Part shown: in pieces, positions 12,030 through 23,742 of the stretch
Layout: every line of letters starts with the position of its first letter
How positions within the stretch are numbered: position 1 is the stretch's first letter
Source of the DNA: Octopus sinensis
Lineage: Eukaryota
Direction of reading: 5' to 3'
Length of the DNA: 64,000 nucleotides
Assembly: GCF_006345805.1 (NCBI RefSeq)
Contig: NC_043003.1
Span: 61,814,001 to 61,878,000 of the forward strand
Program-made: the position numbers and the translations under genes
Notes under the pieces: generated by a model
Seen by the model: only the letters and a program-made list of their open reading frames with translations
The model's database searches: none
Told to the model about the DNA's origin: nothing

Positions 12030-13100
12030 ATTCTGTACATCCATTTATTTACATGCCATCAGTATGGGAGCCAGTCAGGTGGCACTGACAATGATCATGC
12101 TCGAACGGTGCTTTTCACGTGCCACTGGCATGGGACCAGTCAGGTGGTACTGGCATTGACCATGCTCAAATAGTGCTTTTTAAGTGGGACCAGCATGGGT
12201 GCCAGTCAGGCAGTAATGACTTCACTTGACACAACAGTTCTTCGTAAACACAGTTTATTGCCCAAAGATTGAAGGGCACTCCTAAATGGGTCGGTTATGC
12301 TGCACTGGCATAGGTCATGATTACAGTCTCACATGGCTTGCCGAGTCTTCTCAAGCACAGCATATCTCTAAAGGTCACGCTTGCTCGTCATCACCTCCTT
12401 CAGGTCCAATGTTCAAAGGTTGTACTTCATTACCTCATTTCAGCTCTTCTTAGGTCTACCTCTTCCACAGATTCCCTCTACTGTTAGGGCGTGACACTTT
12501 TTCACACAGCTGTCCTCATCCATATGCAACATATGACCATACCAGTGCAGTCAACTCTCTTGCACACAATATCTAATGCTTCTCATGTCCAACTTTTCTC
12601 TAAAGGTGCTTAGACTGTTGTGTATGCACACTGAAATTACACATCCAGTAGAGCATACTAGCTTCATTTCTTGTAAGCTCATGCATGTCCTGAGCAGTCA
12701 CAGCCTATGTTTCACTGCCGTAAAGCATGGCTACTTGCACACATGTGACATACAGTCTACCTTTTACTCTGAGCAAGAGACTCTTTGTCACTGGCAGAGG
12801 TAGGAGCTCTCTGAACTTTACCCAGGCTATTCTTATCCTAGCAGCTACACTCTCAGAACATCAACCCCCACTACTGACTTGGTCACCTAGGACAGAAACT
12901 ATCAACTACTTCTGGTTATTCCCCTCAGTATGTGACGGAGGCTGTTTTCTGCACATTTTCAGTGTTTATTGCTCCTGAACATTTACAAAAACTATCTTCA
13001 CAGTTAGCCTTCCTTTAATATTGCTGCAGCTCTTATATGTCCATATCTTACACTGAGTACATCTTATGGAGTTTCTACCAAAACAAATCCTGTAAATGAT
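12030..13100 (-). mobile_element. 5'-truncated, decayed RTE LINE (ORF2 C-terminus plus 3' UTR)
   Basis: GRNSIRCTQCKIW...RIRIAWVKFRELL...MLYGSET...WYGH...TVEGICGRGRPKK, followed by a repeated 3' UTR. Confidence 0.88.
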
Positions 13101-13116
13101 CTCTCTCTCTAATATA

Positions 13117-13285
<169 letters not shown>

Positions 13286-13309
13286 ATCACTTTGATCACC
13301 TTCACTGAC

Positions 13310-14000
13310 CAGTCCATCGGGCATCCATTTGACACTGCTGGTCACAGCACACTGTCCACTCCTATCTGGATTGTGCCTTTCTCATCCACGTGATCCCAAT
13401 CGCCCTCCTGAAATCGTAACTCCACCACCGTGGAGGCCTTTTGAGTGGTCATTTCCGCTTGCCACTCGATGACTCGTTTCCGCTTGCCACTCGGGTACCA
13501 CTCGATGACTGTGTAGGTCCACTGATTATTGGTGAGCCAGGCAATGTGTCCAGCCCATCTAAACTTGCTGTGTGTATATTCTACGATGACATCCCTCACG
13601 CAGGACTACTCTCTGATGACCTCGCTACTGATGTGCTCTCTCAACGAGATTCCAAGCATTGATCTCTCCATGGCTCTTTGAGCCATTACCAATCTTTGTG
13701 TGCTTGTGTTTGTCCTCCCACCATTGGTTGACATGACATCGGAGGTGTTAAAGTCAGGCAGAGAGCAGCTCTGGAAAATCCTCACCGAGCGATTCACAAA
13801 CTATCTAGATGAGGGAGGAATTCCCTCACAGTGGAAAGAGTCAAATACCATGCTGCTATATAAGAAGGGTGATAGAGAAGATCTAAAGAACTACCAACCC
13901 ATATGCCTGCTGTCTCACGTATACAAGCTGTTCACAAAGATAATTCTGAACAGGTTGTCACGTCATCTCGATGAACAACAACCCAGGAAGCACCACCTTT
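13310..14000. mobile_element. RTE-1-like LINE fragments in opposite orientations
   Basis: Minus strand 13310-13700: QRAMERSMLGISLREHI...KFRWAGHIAWL..QWT..VIEWYP. Plus strand 13735-13990: IPSQWKESNTMLLYKKGDREDLKNYQPICLLSHVYKLFTKII (RT N-terminal part). Confidence 0.88.
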
Positions 14001-14029
14001 AGTCAAACAAATCAACACCAGAACATATT

Positions 14030-14165
14030 CATTGTAAGCCTCGTACTCAATCTATTGGTCTCTTTCACAGAACCACTAAGTTACGGGAACGTAAACACAC
14101 CAACATCAGCTGTCAACCAATGGTGGGAGGACAAACACAGACAAACAAACACACACACACACACA
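14030..14165 (-). mobile_element. SINE internal/3' segment
   Basis: Reverse complement of the gtgtttgtcc..ccacc...gttgaca...cgtaacttag...agtac.aggcttac segment of the 58026 SINE. Confidence 0.75.
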
Positions 14166-14189
14166 CACAGATATATATATATATATATA

Positions 14190-14712
14190 TGGGGCAAGCG
14201 AAATCGAAATCGAATTGAACCAGCCAGGATCCCTGGTCTGGTGGTACGTAAAAAGCACTATCCGACTCGTGGCCGTGGCACGTAAAATACTCCAATGCGA
14301 CCGTACGACAGCACCCTTGCCAACCCCCTTTGCTTGTGAAGACATGTTGGGGCAAGCGAAATCGAAATCGAATTGACCAGCCAGGATCCCTGGTCTGGTG
14401 GTACGTAAAAAGCACTATCCGACTCGGGCCGATGCCAGCACCGCCTCGACTGGCTTCCGTGCCGGTGGCACATAAAATACACCAATCTGACCGTGGCCGT
14501 TGCCAGCCCCGCCTGGCACCTGTGCAGGTGGCACGTAAAAAGCACCCACTACACTCACGGAGTGGTTGGCGTTAGGAAGGGCATCCAGCTGTAGAAACAT
14601 TGCCAAATTAGACTGGAGCCTGGTGCAGCCTTCTGGCTTTCCAGAACCCGGTCGAACCGTCCAACCCATGCTAGCATGGAGAACGGACGTTAAACGACGA
14701 TGATGATGATGA
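14190..14712 (+). mobile_element. RTE-related 3' end with 158-bp internal tandem duplication (copy A)
   Basis: ggggcaagcgaaatcgaaatcgaattg at 14191 and 14349, then standard tail and (GAT)n. Confidence 0.9.
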
Positions 14713-14879
14713 TATAGTGGTAAAAACGGTAAGATAACAAAAGAAAGAAAAAGACCTGAATATTATGTAAATAGAGGAAATTTATCTGTAAAATAATATG
14801 TGACAATTATTCAATAGCCAAGATAAAACTCTGAGTTTCGGATGCCGAGGAGGAAATCCACATCACCATCTCTTCGGTT

Positions 14880-15035
14880 ATCTGGCTTCTTTCAGTTTCC
14901 ATCTACTAAATCCACTCACAAGACTTTAGTCGGCTCGAGGCTATAGTAGAAGACACTTGTCCAAGGTACCACGCAGTGGGATTGAATCCGGAACCATATG
15001 CTTGGTAAGCAAGCTACTTACCACACAGCCAATCC
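14880..15035 (-). mobile_element. tRNA-derived SINE 5' half
   Basis: Reverse complement of ggctgtgtggtaagtagcttgcttac...ggttccggattcaatcccactgcgtgg...ggaaactgaaagaagcc. Confidence 0.85.
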
Positions 15036-15729
15036 TGTGCCTATATATGTATATATATTCTTATAACAGATAACAAAAGTGAAAACAATGAAACAAATTT
15101 GTTGCCTGGAAGTAAACTGAAGTCAACAATAAGATGTTTGAATCGGAAAAAAAAAATACATAAAAGAGAAAAAAAAAAAAGAAATTCATGAAGACATTAA
15201 TCCCATCATTCTTGTCTGCTATAAGACTGCAATGAGACATTGTTATCAATTTGTAGAATAATATATTTAAAAATTTTATTAAGATTGACTATAGTTTCAA
15301 TCTGTCTTTGTTTTTTAAAAGTACTCAAATATCTAGGAATTATTAATATGGCTATAAAGCTAGGCACTTCTAACGACCAAAGAAACTAGTTGATTACCAA
15401 ATACATTCAATCAAAAAATATCTCGATACTCTCTAATAAAACTGAGTAATCATAATCTGGAACAATAGTCAACCTTAATATTAAAAAAAAATATCTAAAC
15501 AATTCAGTGACACATTTTTATTACCGTTTACTTTGTTCATAAAGACAACTGACAAATACAATACAATAGAATGCCAATACAGCTGAGCAATTTTAACAAC
15601 AAAAGAAGCTAGTTGATTATGGAACAACACATTCTCCCATATTCAATGATGAATATCCCAATACCCTCTAATAAGACTGAGTAATGGCTATAATGCAACA
15701 ATAGCCAATCTTAACAAAATAAAAGAATC

Positions 15730-15816
15730 ATATATATGTGCATGTATGTGTGAATGTGTGTGTTGTGTGTGTGCATATATACATAGATATACACACATAC
15801 ATACAGATATATACAC

Positions 15817-15859
<43 letters not shown>

Positions 15860-16080
15860 CATATATATACATATGTATATACATATGTATATATATATAC
15901 ACATAGTATATATATATATGTATATACATATATATACAATATATATATATATATACATATGTATATATATATATATACATATGTATATATATATATGTAT
16001 ATACATATATATACATATATATATATGTATATACATATATATACATACATATATATACATATATATATATGTATATACAT
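15730..16080. repeat. Compound (TG)/(TA)/(TATG) microsatellite
   Basis: Direct reading. Explains the five low-complexity ORFs in the track. Confidence 0.95.
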
Positions 16081-16168
16081 AAATTATTATAAGCGGCTGT
16101 GGATAAAGATCACAAAAATATATTAAAAATGTAAAGCAGCAGGCTATTGTCATGACCATTAATAATTC

Positions 16169-16721
16169 GTAAAACATTTTGATATTTTCCCTCTTTGGTT
16201 GTTCTTTATCTTCTTCTATACCAGTATATCAGGAGATATGCCTGTGGATGGTACTCAATCAAGTTGAAAGCTTGTGGTTTAGAATATAAATTAGACTTCC
16301 GGTAGAATATTTTAAATATATTGTTCGACTTTTTGTGATAAGCCCAGGATTATTTTCAGAAAGAAGCTGCTCTTGTTGAAAAGGGTTAAACATCTAGAAC
16401 AGTGCATGAGTGAATATGAAAGCATGTTGGATGGATGTAGCATGCCAATAGTCATTGAGTCACAGAAAGACCCATATCACTTTTCATCAGAAGACATGGA
16501 CTTGGATTTGGAAGATCTTAATGATGACGCACCTATGGAATCAATTAATTTAAGAATCAAAGTGAACAATATATTTAAAATATTCTACCGGAAGTCTAAT
16601 TTATATTCTAAACCACAAGCTTTCAACTTGATTGAGTACCATCCACAGGCATATCTCCTGATATACTGGTATAGAAGAAGATAAAGAACAACCAAAGAGG
16701 GAAAATATCAAAATGTTTTAC
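16169..16721. repeat. Perfect 158-bp inverted repeat (16169-16326 / 16564-16721) with 237-bp spacer
   Basis: The arms are exact reverse complements when compared base by base. Confidence 0.97.
16360..16684 (+). other. Unidentified protein-like ORF or exon within the inverted repeat (KKLLLLKRVKHLEQCMSEYESMLDG...DMDLDLEDLNDD...)
   Basis: Stop-free 16316-16684. Possible acceptor ttattttcag at 16359 and weak donor AAA|gtgaac at 16561. No family recognised. Confidence 0.4.
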
Positions 16722-17211
16722 ATATTAAAATTCTTTGAATGAGAATTTTTTCCTTATTAGTCTGGAATTTATGAAACATTTGTTTTATGTTTGTATTTGT
16801 TGTATATTAATAGTTTGAGGTTGATAAGCATGTATGTATTATGCAGTCATGTATTGTATGCATGTATTATGTGCATATATTTTCATTTAAAGCTAAAGCT
16901 GTTGCTACGAGGAATGGGTGCTGCTTTGATTTCAAAAGAATAAAAAAAAAAAAACTTTAGATGTAGTCAACATCTCTTTATGTGATGGATGAGTAATAAC
17001 TTATATATGTAGAGCATGTAACTACACCTCATATGTACACACACAATATATAATATATATATATATATATTATATATATATATATATATATAATATATAT
17101 ATATATATTATTAATCAATATAGGGTGGCAAAAAAATTTTGTAGAATTTTTTTGCCACCAGCGGCCTAGTGGGAAAAAATTAAATAGTCATAGACCATTT
17201 TTAAGTTCAAC

Positions 17212-17375
17212 ATCAACAATCAAGGAACGGCCACAATAGGCCACTCACCCACCAGAAACAACAGCCAAAGCTTCAACCGCAAATAAACCGGAATTGATTT
17301 TTATTTGCGGTTGAAGCCTTGGCTGCTATTTCCAGTGGGTGAACGGCCCACTATGGCCGTTCCTTGATTGTTGAT
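17212..17375. mobile_element. Fold-back (MITE-like) hairpin element
   Basis: atcaacaatcaaggaacggcc...cttcaaccgcaaataaa pairs with tttatttgcggttgaag...ggccgttccttgattgttgat. Arms about 76 bp, imperfect. Confidence 0.65.
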
Positions 17376-17647
17376 ATATATATATATTATATATATATGA
17401 GTGTGTATGTATATAATGTTGAATGAAGGTTATTATTTTAAAGCAAGTTTAAGAATAACAACACAACATTTACTGCTAGAGGCACTCCGTACTGAGAATA
17501 GAGTCACTGGTTGAATAAGCCATCAAGCGAAACTTAAAAGTTCCAGTCAATACAAATCTTATAATGTATGTATGTATACATATATATATATATATATATA
17601 TGCACACACACACACATGTATTTATAAAAGGGAAATTAAACATGAAC

Positions 17648-17790
17648 AAAAGGGCATCCAGCTGTAGAAACACTGCCAGACTAGACTGGAGCCTGGGGCA
17701 GTCCCGAGCTCCCCAGACCCCGGTCGAAACCGTCCAACCCGTGCTAGCGCGGAAAACGGACGTTAAACGATGATGATGATGATGATGATA
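17648..17790 (+). mobile_element. Short RTE-related 3' tail
   Basis: aagggcatccagctgtagaaac...gttaaac(gat)n. Confidence 0.85.
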
Positions 17791-17998
17791 TATATATGCA
17801 TATATATTCATATATGTAGAAATATATTCGTACATACATATATATATATATATTTATATGTATACAAATATGCACATATATATATATATGCATGTATGTA
17901 TGTATGTATGTATGTATGTATGTATGTATGTATGTGGTGTGTTGTATATAATCTGTACGTATGTGTATGTTCATATATATGACTATTTTATATATATA

Positions 17999-18031
<33 letters not shown>

Positions 18032-18438
18032 GATATAGTATATAGATAATAGATAGATAGATAGATAGATCGATGGATATATAGATAGATATACAAATCT
18101 ATGGTAGCATATGTATGTCAGCATATGTATATCAGTATGCATGTATGTGAGCAATATATTTGAGTATGTGTGCTTGTATGTGTGTATTTGTGATTTATCT
18201 GTTCTTTGTTGCTGTAAAATTATTGGAAAATTTATTTTTTGATCTCAGTTTGAAGTGTTTTGATAAGAAAACATTCATTGATCATTTGATGTTTGTTTGT
18301 CATTTATTCCTGGATTATATAGCATTGATTTAAAAAAAAATATATATATTTTCCTAACTAATACAATTTTGTGTGAAATGTCATTTTAAGTCTTCATAAT
18401 TACCAGACCCCAAAAGATCTTCAATGTAACGCACTCAC

Positions 18439-18475
18439 TTTCAAACGTCCACGTTGAAGTTACAGTCATCATAAC
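18439..18475 (-). CDS. Candidate 37-nt exon (VMMTVTSTWTFE frame), or terminal exon of the minus-strand gene
   Basis: Branch-like ctgac, acceptor cttaaacag and donor AAA|gtgagt. The reading frame is ambiguous. Confidence 0.4.
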
Positions 18476-18854
18476 CTGTTTAAGTTGTCAGCCATGCATT
18501 GACAGAGTACACATACATAAAATTGCAAAAGGATAAATAATAATAGTAAAAATAACAATAATAATAATAATAATAATGATAAGATAAAAGATAGGAAAGA
18601 AAATTGAAAGACTTTTAAAAAACAATATCAAGATAACATACAAAATTACTGCATCATCATTAATATTTCTTTACTTAGCAAAATAATCCAGCTTAACCTT
18701 AACAAATAAAGTTCCTGCAGTAAAACACTAGCATACATAAACTAATATATACTTTTACACACACATACACACATGTATGTATGTATGTATGCATATGTAT
18801 GTATATATACATATATATATATATAATAAATAAATATATATATAGATATATATA

Positions 18855-18908
<54 letters not shown>

Positions 18909-19070
18909 TATATATATATATAAATACACACATGTATGTATGTATGTATGCATATGTATGTATGTATGCATATGTATGTATATATACATATATATGTATA
19001 TATATAAAATATATATATATATATTTATATATATATTAAATTATATATATATATATTTATATTGCTTGTG

Positions 19071-19610
19071 AAGACATGTTGGGGCAAGCGAAATCGAAAT
19101 CGAATTGAACCAGCCAGTATCCCTGGTCTGTGGTGTATGTAAAGCACTATCCGACTCGTGGCCGTGGCACGTAAAATACTCCAATGCGACCGTACGACAG
19201 GCACCCTTGCCAACCCCCTTTGCTTGTGAAGACATGTTGGGGCAAGCGAAATCGAAATCGAATTGAACCAGCCAGGATCCCTGGTCTGGTGGTACGTAAA
19301 AAGCACTATCCGACTCGTGGCCGATGCCAGCACCGCCTCGACTGGCTTCCGTGCGGTGGCACATAAAATACACCAATCTGACCGTGGCCGTTGCCAGCCC
19401 CGCCTGGCACCTGTGCAGGTGGCACGTAAAAAGCACCCACTACACTCACGGAGTGGTTGGCGTTAGGAAGGGCATCCAGCTGTAGAAACATTGCCAAATT
19501 AGGACTGGAGCCTGGTGCAGCCTTCTGGCTTCCCAGAACCCCGGTCGAACCGTCCAACCCATGCTAGCATGGAGAACGGACGTTAAACGACGATGATGAT
19601 GATGATGATA
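19071..19610 (+). mobile_element. RTE-related 3' end with 158-bp internal duplication (copy B)
   Basis: Near-identical to 14190-14712. Duplicated unit starts at 19081 and 19239. Confidence 0.9.
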
Positions 19611-19653
19611 TATATATTATAAATATATATATATATATATAAATATATATATA

Positions 19654-19748
<95 letters not shown>

Positions 19749-19768
19749 CTATAATATATTAAATATAT

Positions 19769-19868
<100 letters not shown>

Positions 19869-19913
19869 TAAATATAATATATATATATATATAGATCTAT
19901 ATATTAAATATAT

Positions 19914-19944
<31 letters not shown>

Positions 19945-20009
19945 AAATATATTATATATATATATAAATATATATATTTATATATATATAAAATATATAT
20001 ATATATATA

Positions 20010-20051
<42 letters not shown>

Positions 20052-20098
20052 TATATATAAATATTATATATATATATAAATATATATATATATAAATT

Positions 20099-20130
<32 letters not shown>

Positions 20131-20224
20131 CTATATATATATATATAAAATATATATAAATATATAATATATATATAATTATATATATATATATAAATAT
20201 ATATATATATATGCATGTAAGAGA

Positions 20225-20550
20225 ACTTTCCGTTTCGCGACCGTTGCCAGCACCGCCCCGTTTCGTGTCCGTTGCCAGCCTCGCCTGGCCCTCGTGCCGG
20301 TGGCACATAAAAAGCACCATCCGTTCGTGGCCGTTTGCCAGCTCTGTCTGGCACCAGTGCGGGTGGCACGTAAAAAGCACCCACTACACTCACGGAGTGG
20401 TTGGCGTTAGGAAGGGCATCCAGCCGTAGAAACACTGCCAGATTTGACTGGGCCTGATGAAGCCTTCTGGCTTCACAGACCCCAGTAGAACCGTCCAACC
20501 CATGCTAGCATGGAAAACGGACGCTAAATGATGATGATGATGATGATGAT
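20225..20550 (+). mobile_element. RTE-related 3' end in (TA)n
   Basis: Standard repeat units, tail and (GAT)n. Confidence 0.88.
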
Positions 20551-20582
20551 ATATAACTATATATATAATATATAAATATATA

Positions 20583-20620
<38 letters not shown>

Positions 20621-20674
20621 TATAATTATATATATATAATTATATATATATATATTTATATATATATATAATAT

Positions 20675-20728
<54 letters not shown>

Positions 20729-20782
20729 ATTTATATATATATATATATAATATATATATATATATATTATATATATATATAT

Positions 20783-21110
20783 ATGGCTCAGTGGTTAGAG
20801 CGTCGAGCTTACGATCGTGAGATTGTGAGCTCGAATCTCGGACCGGGCTGGGTGTTGTGTTCTTGAGCAAGGCACTTTATTTCACGTTGCTCCAGTTCAC
20901 TCACCTGTAGAAATGAGTTGCGACGTCACTGGTGCCAAGCTGTATCGACCTTTGTCTTTCCCTTGGATAACACTGGTGGCGTGGAGAGGGGAGGCTGGTA
21001 TGCATGGGCGACTGCTGGTCTTCCATAAACAACCTTGCCCGGACTTGTGTCTAGGAGGGTAACTTTCTAGGTGCAATCCCATGGTCATTCATGACTGAAG
21101 GGTGTCTTTA
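20783..21110 (+). mobile_element. Near-complete CORE-type tRNA-SINE
   Basis: A box (ggctcagtggttagagc) and B-box-like (gagctcgaatctcgg), then tgtgttcttgagcaaggcactttatttcacgttgctccagttcactcacctgtagaaatg, which resembles the MIR CORE domain. Confidence 0.8.
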
Positions 21111-21119
21111 CTTACTTTT

Positions 21120-21180
<61 letters not shown>

Positions 21181-21190
21181 AATATATATA

Positions 21191-21330
<140 letters not shown>

Positions 21331-21349
21331 AATATATATAACTACAAAA

Positions 21350-21990
21350 TTAGAGAATGGAGAAACATACTAAATCAATAAAACATCAACTATCAGATGA
21401 TACCCAATCAATACTTTAATACACCATTACATATCAGTAAAGGCATTATACAAAATATACAGTAAGAGTAAATAGACAAGAGATATAAGTAAAAAATTTC
21501 AAATATAATATGTAATTAAATCAAATCTGACAGCTGTTTCGGCAGTGAGGGCAGTCATACCTCATTTAATCTATAAGCCATAAAGGCAGGTATAAATGAG
21601 GCATTAACAAGGATGCCCCACGGCCTCTTCAGAGAATTAAATTAAATTTGTTATAATTGTGAAAAATATTATTTAACCATATATATATAAATATAAAAAT
21701 ATAAAAATGTAAAATATAAAAACTTATACATCATAATGCTACACTTATATAATATAATACTCATTGGTACAATAATGGAAGGTAAACAGAACAAAATAAA
21801 ACAAAATATATATCAGTGTATATATTAATATTAATAAGCACCGATATTATACATATTTGGCTAATAGTTTTTTAAAAAAAACTAACACATAGGGAGATAA
21901 AAAATAATAATTAAAACCATGGTTCAGTTCATAAAATTATAAAGCTATAAAAGTTAATAAAAATTACTATTAATATTAATAATAATAATA
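21350..21990 (-). mobile_element. Penelope-like element 3' tail / pLTR remnant
   Basis: AT-rich tail carrying a hammerhead motif, the same arrangement as at 6.7 and 10.6 kb. Confidence 0.5.
21523..21639 (-). ncRNA. Type I hammerhead ribozyme with complete catalytic core
   Basis: AATTCT-CTGAAGA-GGCCGTGGGGCA...TGCCCTCACTGCC-GAAAC-AGCT-GTC^AGATTT. The 10.1-11.1 pair is G-C, the stem III loop is palindromic, and the cleavage triplet is GUC. Confidence 0.72.
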
Positions 21991-22186
21991 ATAATAATAA
22001 TAGATACAGTTATGCTTGCACCAAATCCATCCTTTCAAGATCGAAATAACTGATTGTTTGACAATTTTTAACATCTATGTATTAGTCTTGTTGGGTACCT
22101 ATCTGGCAGTATATTGGATATATATTATCCCATGGTGGGTTGAATTTTCAACCCCTATCTCATTTTATAATATAAATATATATATA

Positions 22187-22227
<41 letters not shown>

Positions 22228-22229
22228 TA

Positions 22230-22620
22230 TGGTGGCACGTAAAAAGCACCATTCGAGTGGGATCGTTACCTGCGTCACCTTACTGGCACTTGTGCCGGTG
22301 GTATGCAAAAAAACATTCGAGCGAGGTCATTGTCAGTGCCACTGGACTGGCTCCTGTGCAGGTGGCATGTAAAAAAACACCATTTGAACGTGGCCATTGC
22401 CAGTACCACCTGACTGGCCGTTTGTCGGTGGCATGTAAAAGCACACACTACACTCTCAGAGTAGTTGGCATTAGGAAGGGCATCCAACTGTAGAAACTCT
22501 GCCAGATCAGATTGAAGCCTGGTGCAGCCATCTGGTTCGCCAGTCTGCAGTCAAATCGTCCAACCCATGCCAGCATGGAAAGCAGTCATTAAACAATGCG
22601 CATGATGATGATGATATATA
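22230..22620 (+). mobile_element. RTE-related 3' end
   Basis: ggtggcacgtaaaaagcacc units, standard tail and (GAT)n. Confidence 0.85.
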
Positions 22621-23248
22621 AATATACAGACAGACACACACACACGTATATGTGTGTGTATGTGTACATATAATTAGTATAATGATGGAGGTGTTAAATA
22701 GTTGCTCAATCTGCTAGAAGTAAGAGTGAAATCTTCCCCAAATCAAACCCCATTGTCTTGAATAGGGGCACATTAGATAAAGTAGTTGTAGCTCAGAACA
22801 CATTAGATAATATAGTTCTAAATAAGACATTAGCTAATGTAGCTCTTAATAAAGTCTTATTAGATAAGGTAGTTTTTGAAAAGGAAACATTAGATCAAGG
22901 TCCCGGGAACAAGGGGGCAGCGGGTGCACCTGCATCCCTTGGAATTTTCAGGTGGTGCAAGATCAAAATTTGCACCCCCTACATAATTTTACCAGTTTCA
23001 GAAAATAGTGTCTAAAAAGTTATGTGTATAAGATGCTTGAAGCTAGATTTCGTTTCAAAGCAAAAACAAAGAACAAAAATAAATAAATAAAAGTGATGAA
23101 GCTGGGCTTAAAATTCCCAAGTTGACTGACCAACTTCTGATGCAAAGTAGCCTCAAGTGAAAAAAAAAAATGATGTGACAACAACAGTAGCAGCAAACAA
23201 CAAGAACAATAGACATACATGACCAGCATCTACAGCTACTCTTCATAC

Positions 23249-23338
23249 TTGGTTTCTTGAAGACAGCTGTCCTCATTGTAGTTGATGTTGCTAAAGACTG
23301 ACGACATGCTTGAATGGATTCGACTGTTTGACCTCAGC
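23249..23338 (-). CDS. Coding exon of an unidentified minus-strand gene (xLRSNSRIHSSMSSVFSNINYNEDSCLQETx, phase 2/2)
   Basis: Acceptor cttttatttttag and donor CAA|gtatga. 90 nt, with a single open frame. Confidence 0.55.
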
Positions 23339-23539
23339 CTAAAAATAAAAGCCCTTTTAAAATTCTTTTAAATGCCGGGTCATAGTGTTAGTTTGGTAAA
23401 AATTTGTTAAATTAAAAATTTGGGGTAATAAAACATACAATGATATATTAAAAAGACGAATTAAAATTCCAGAGAAAAATACATAGAAGATAAATATACA
23501 AATTTACAAAAATACATAAAAGTTATTCTACAGGCCGTT

Positions 23540-23742
23540 TCGGAGATATGATATTGCTGTGGGCTCGCCCTAGGCAAATAGTTAAAAAAAAATTTGCCGA
23601 TGACACTCCCCGGACCCTAAGTAGGGCATGTGTAAAATTTGAATGAAATTGGTTGAGTAGTTTTCAAGTTTTAGGGAAACACAGATAGACAAACAGACAG
23701 ACAGACAGACACACATTCTCAGTTTTATATATATAGAGATAT
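23540..23742 (+). mobile_element. Non-autonomous Helitron-like repeat, 3' part
   Basis: tgtaaaatttgaatgaaattggttgagtag...(gaca)n cacacattctcagttttatatatatagagat. Paralogous to 30660-30810. Confidence 0.55.
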
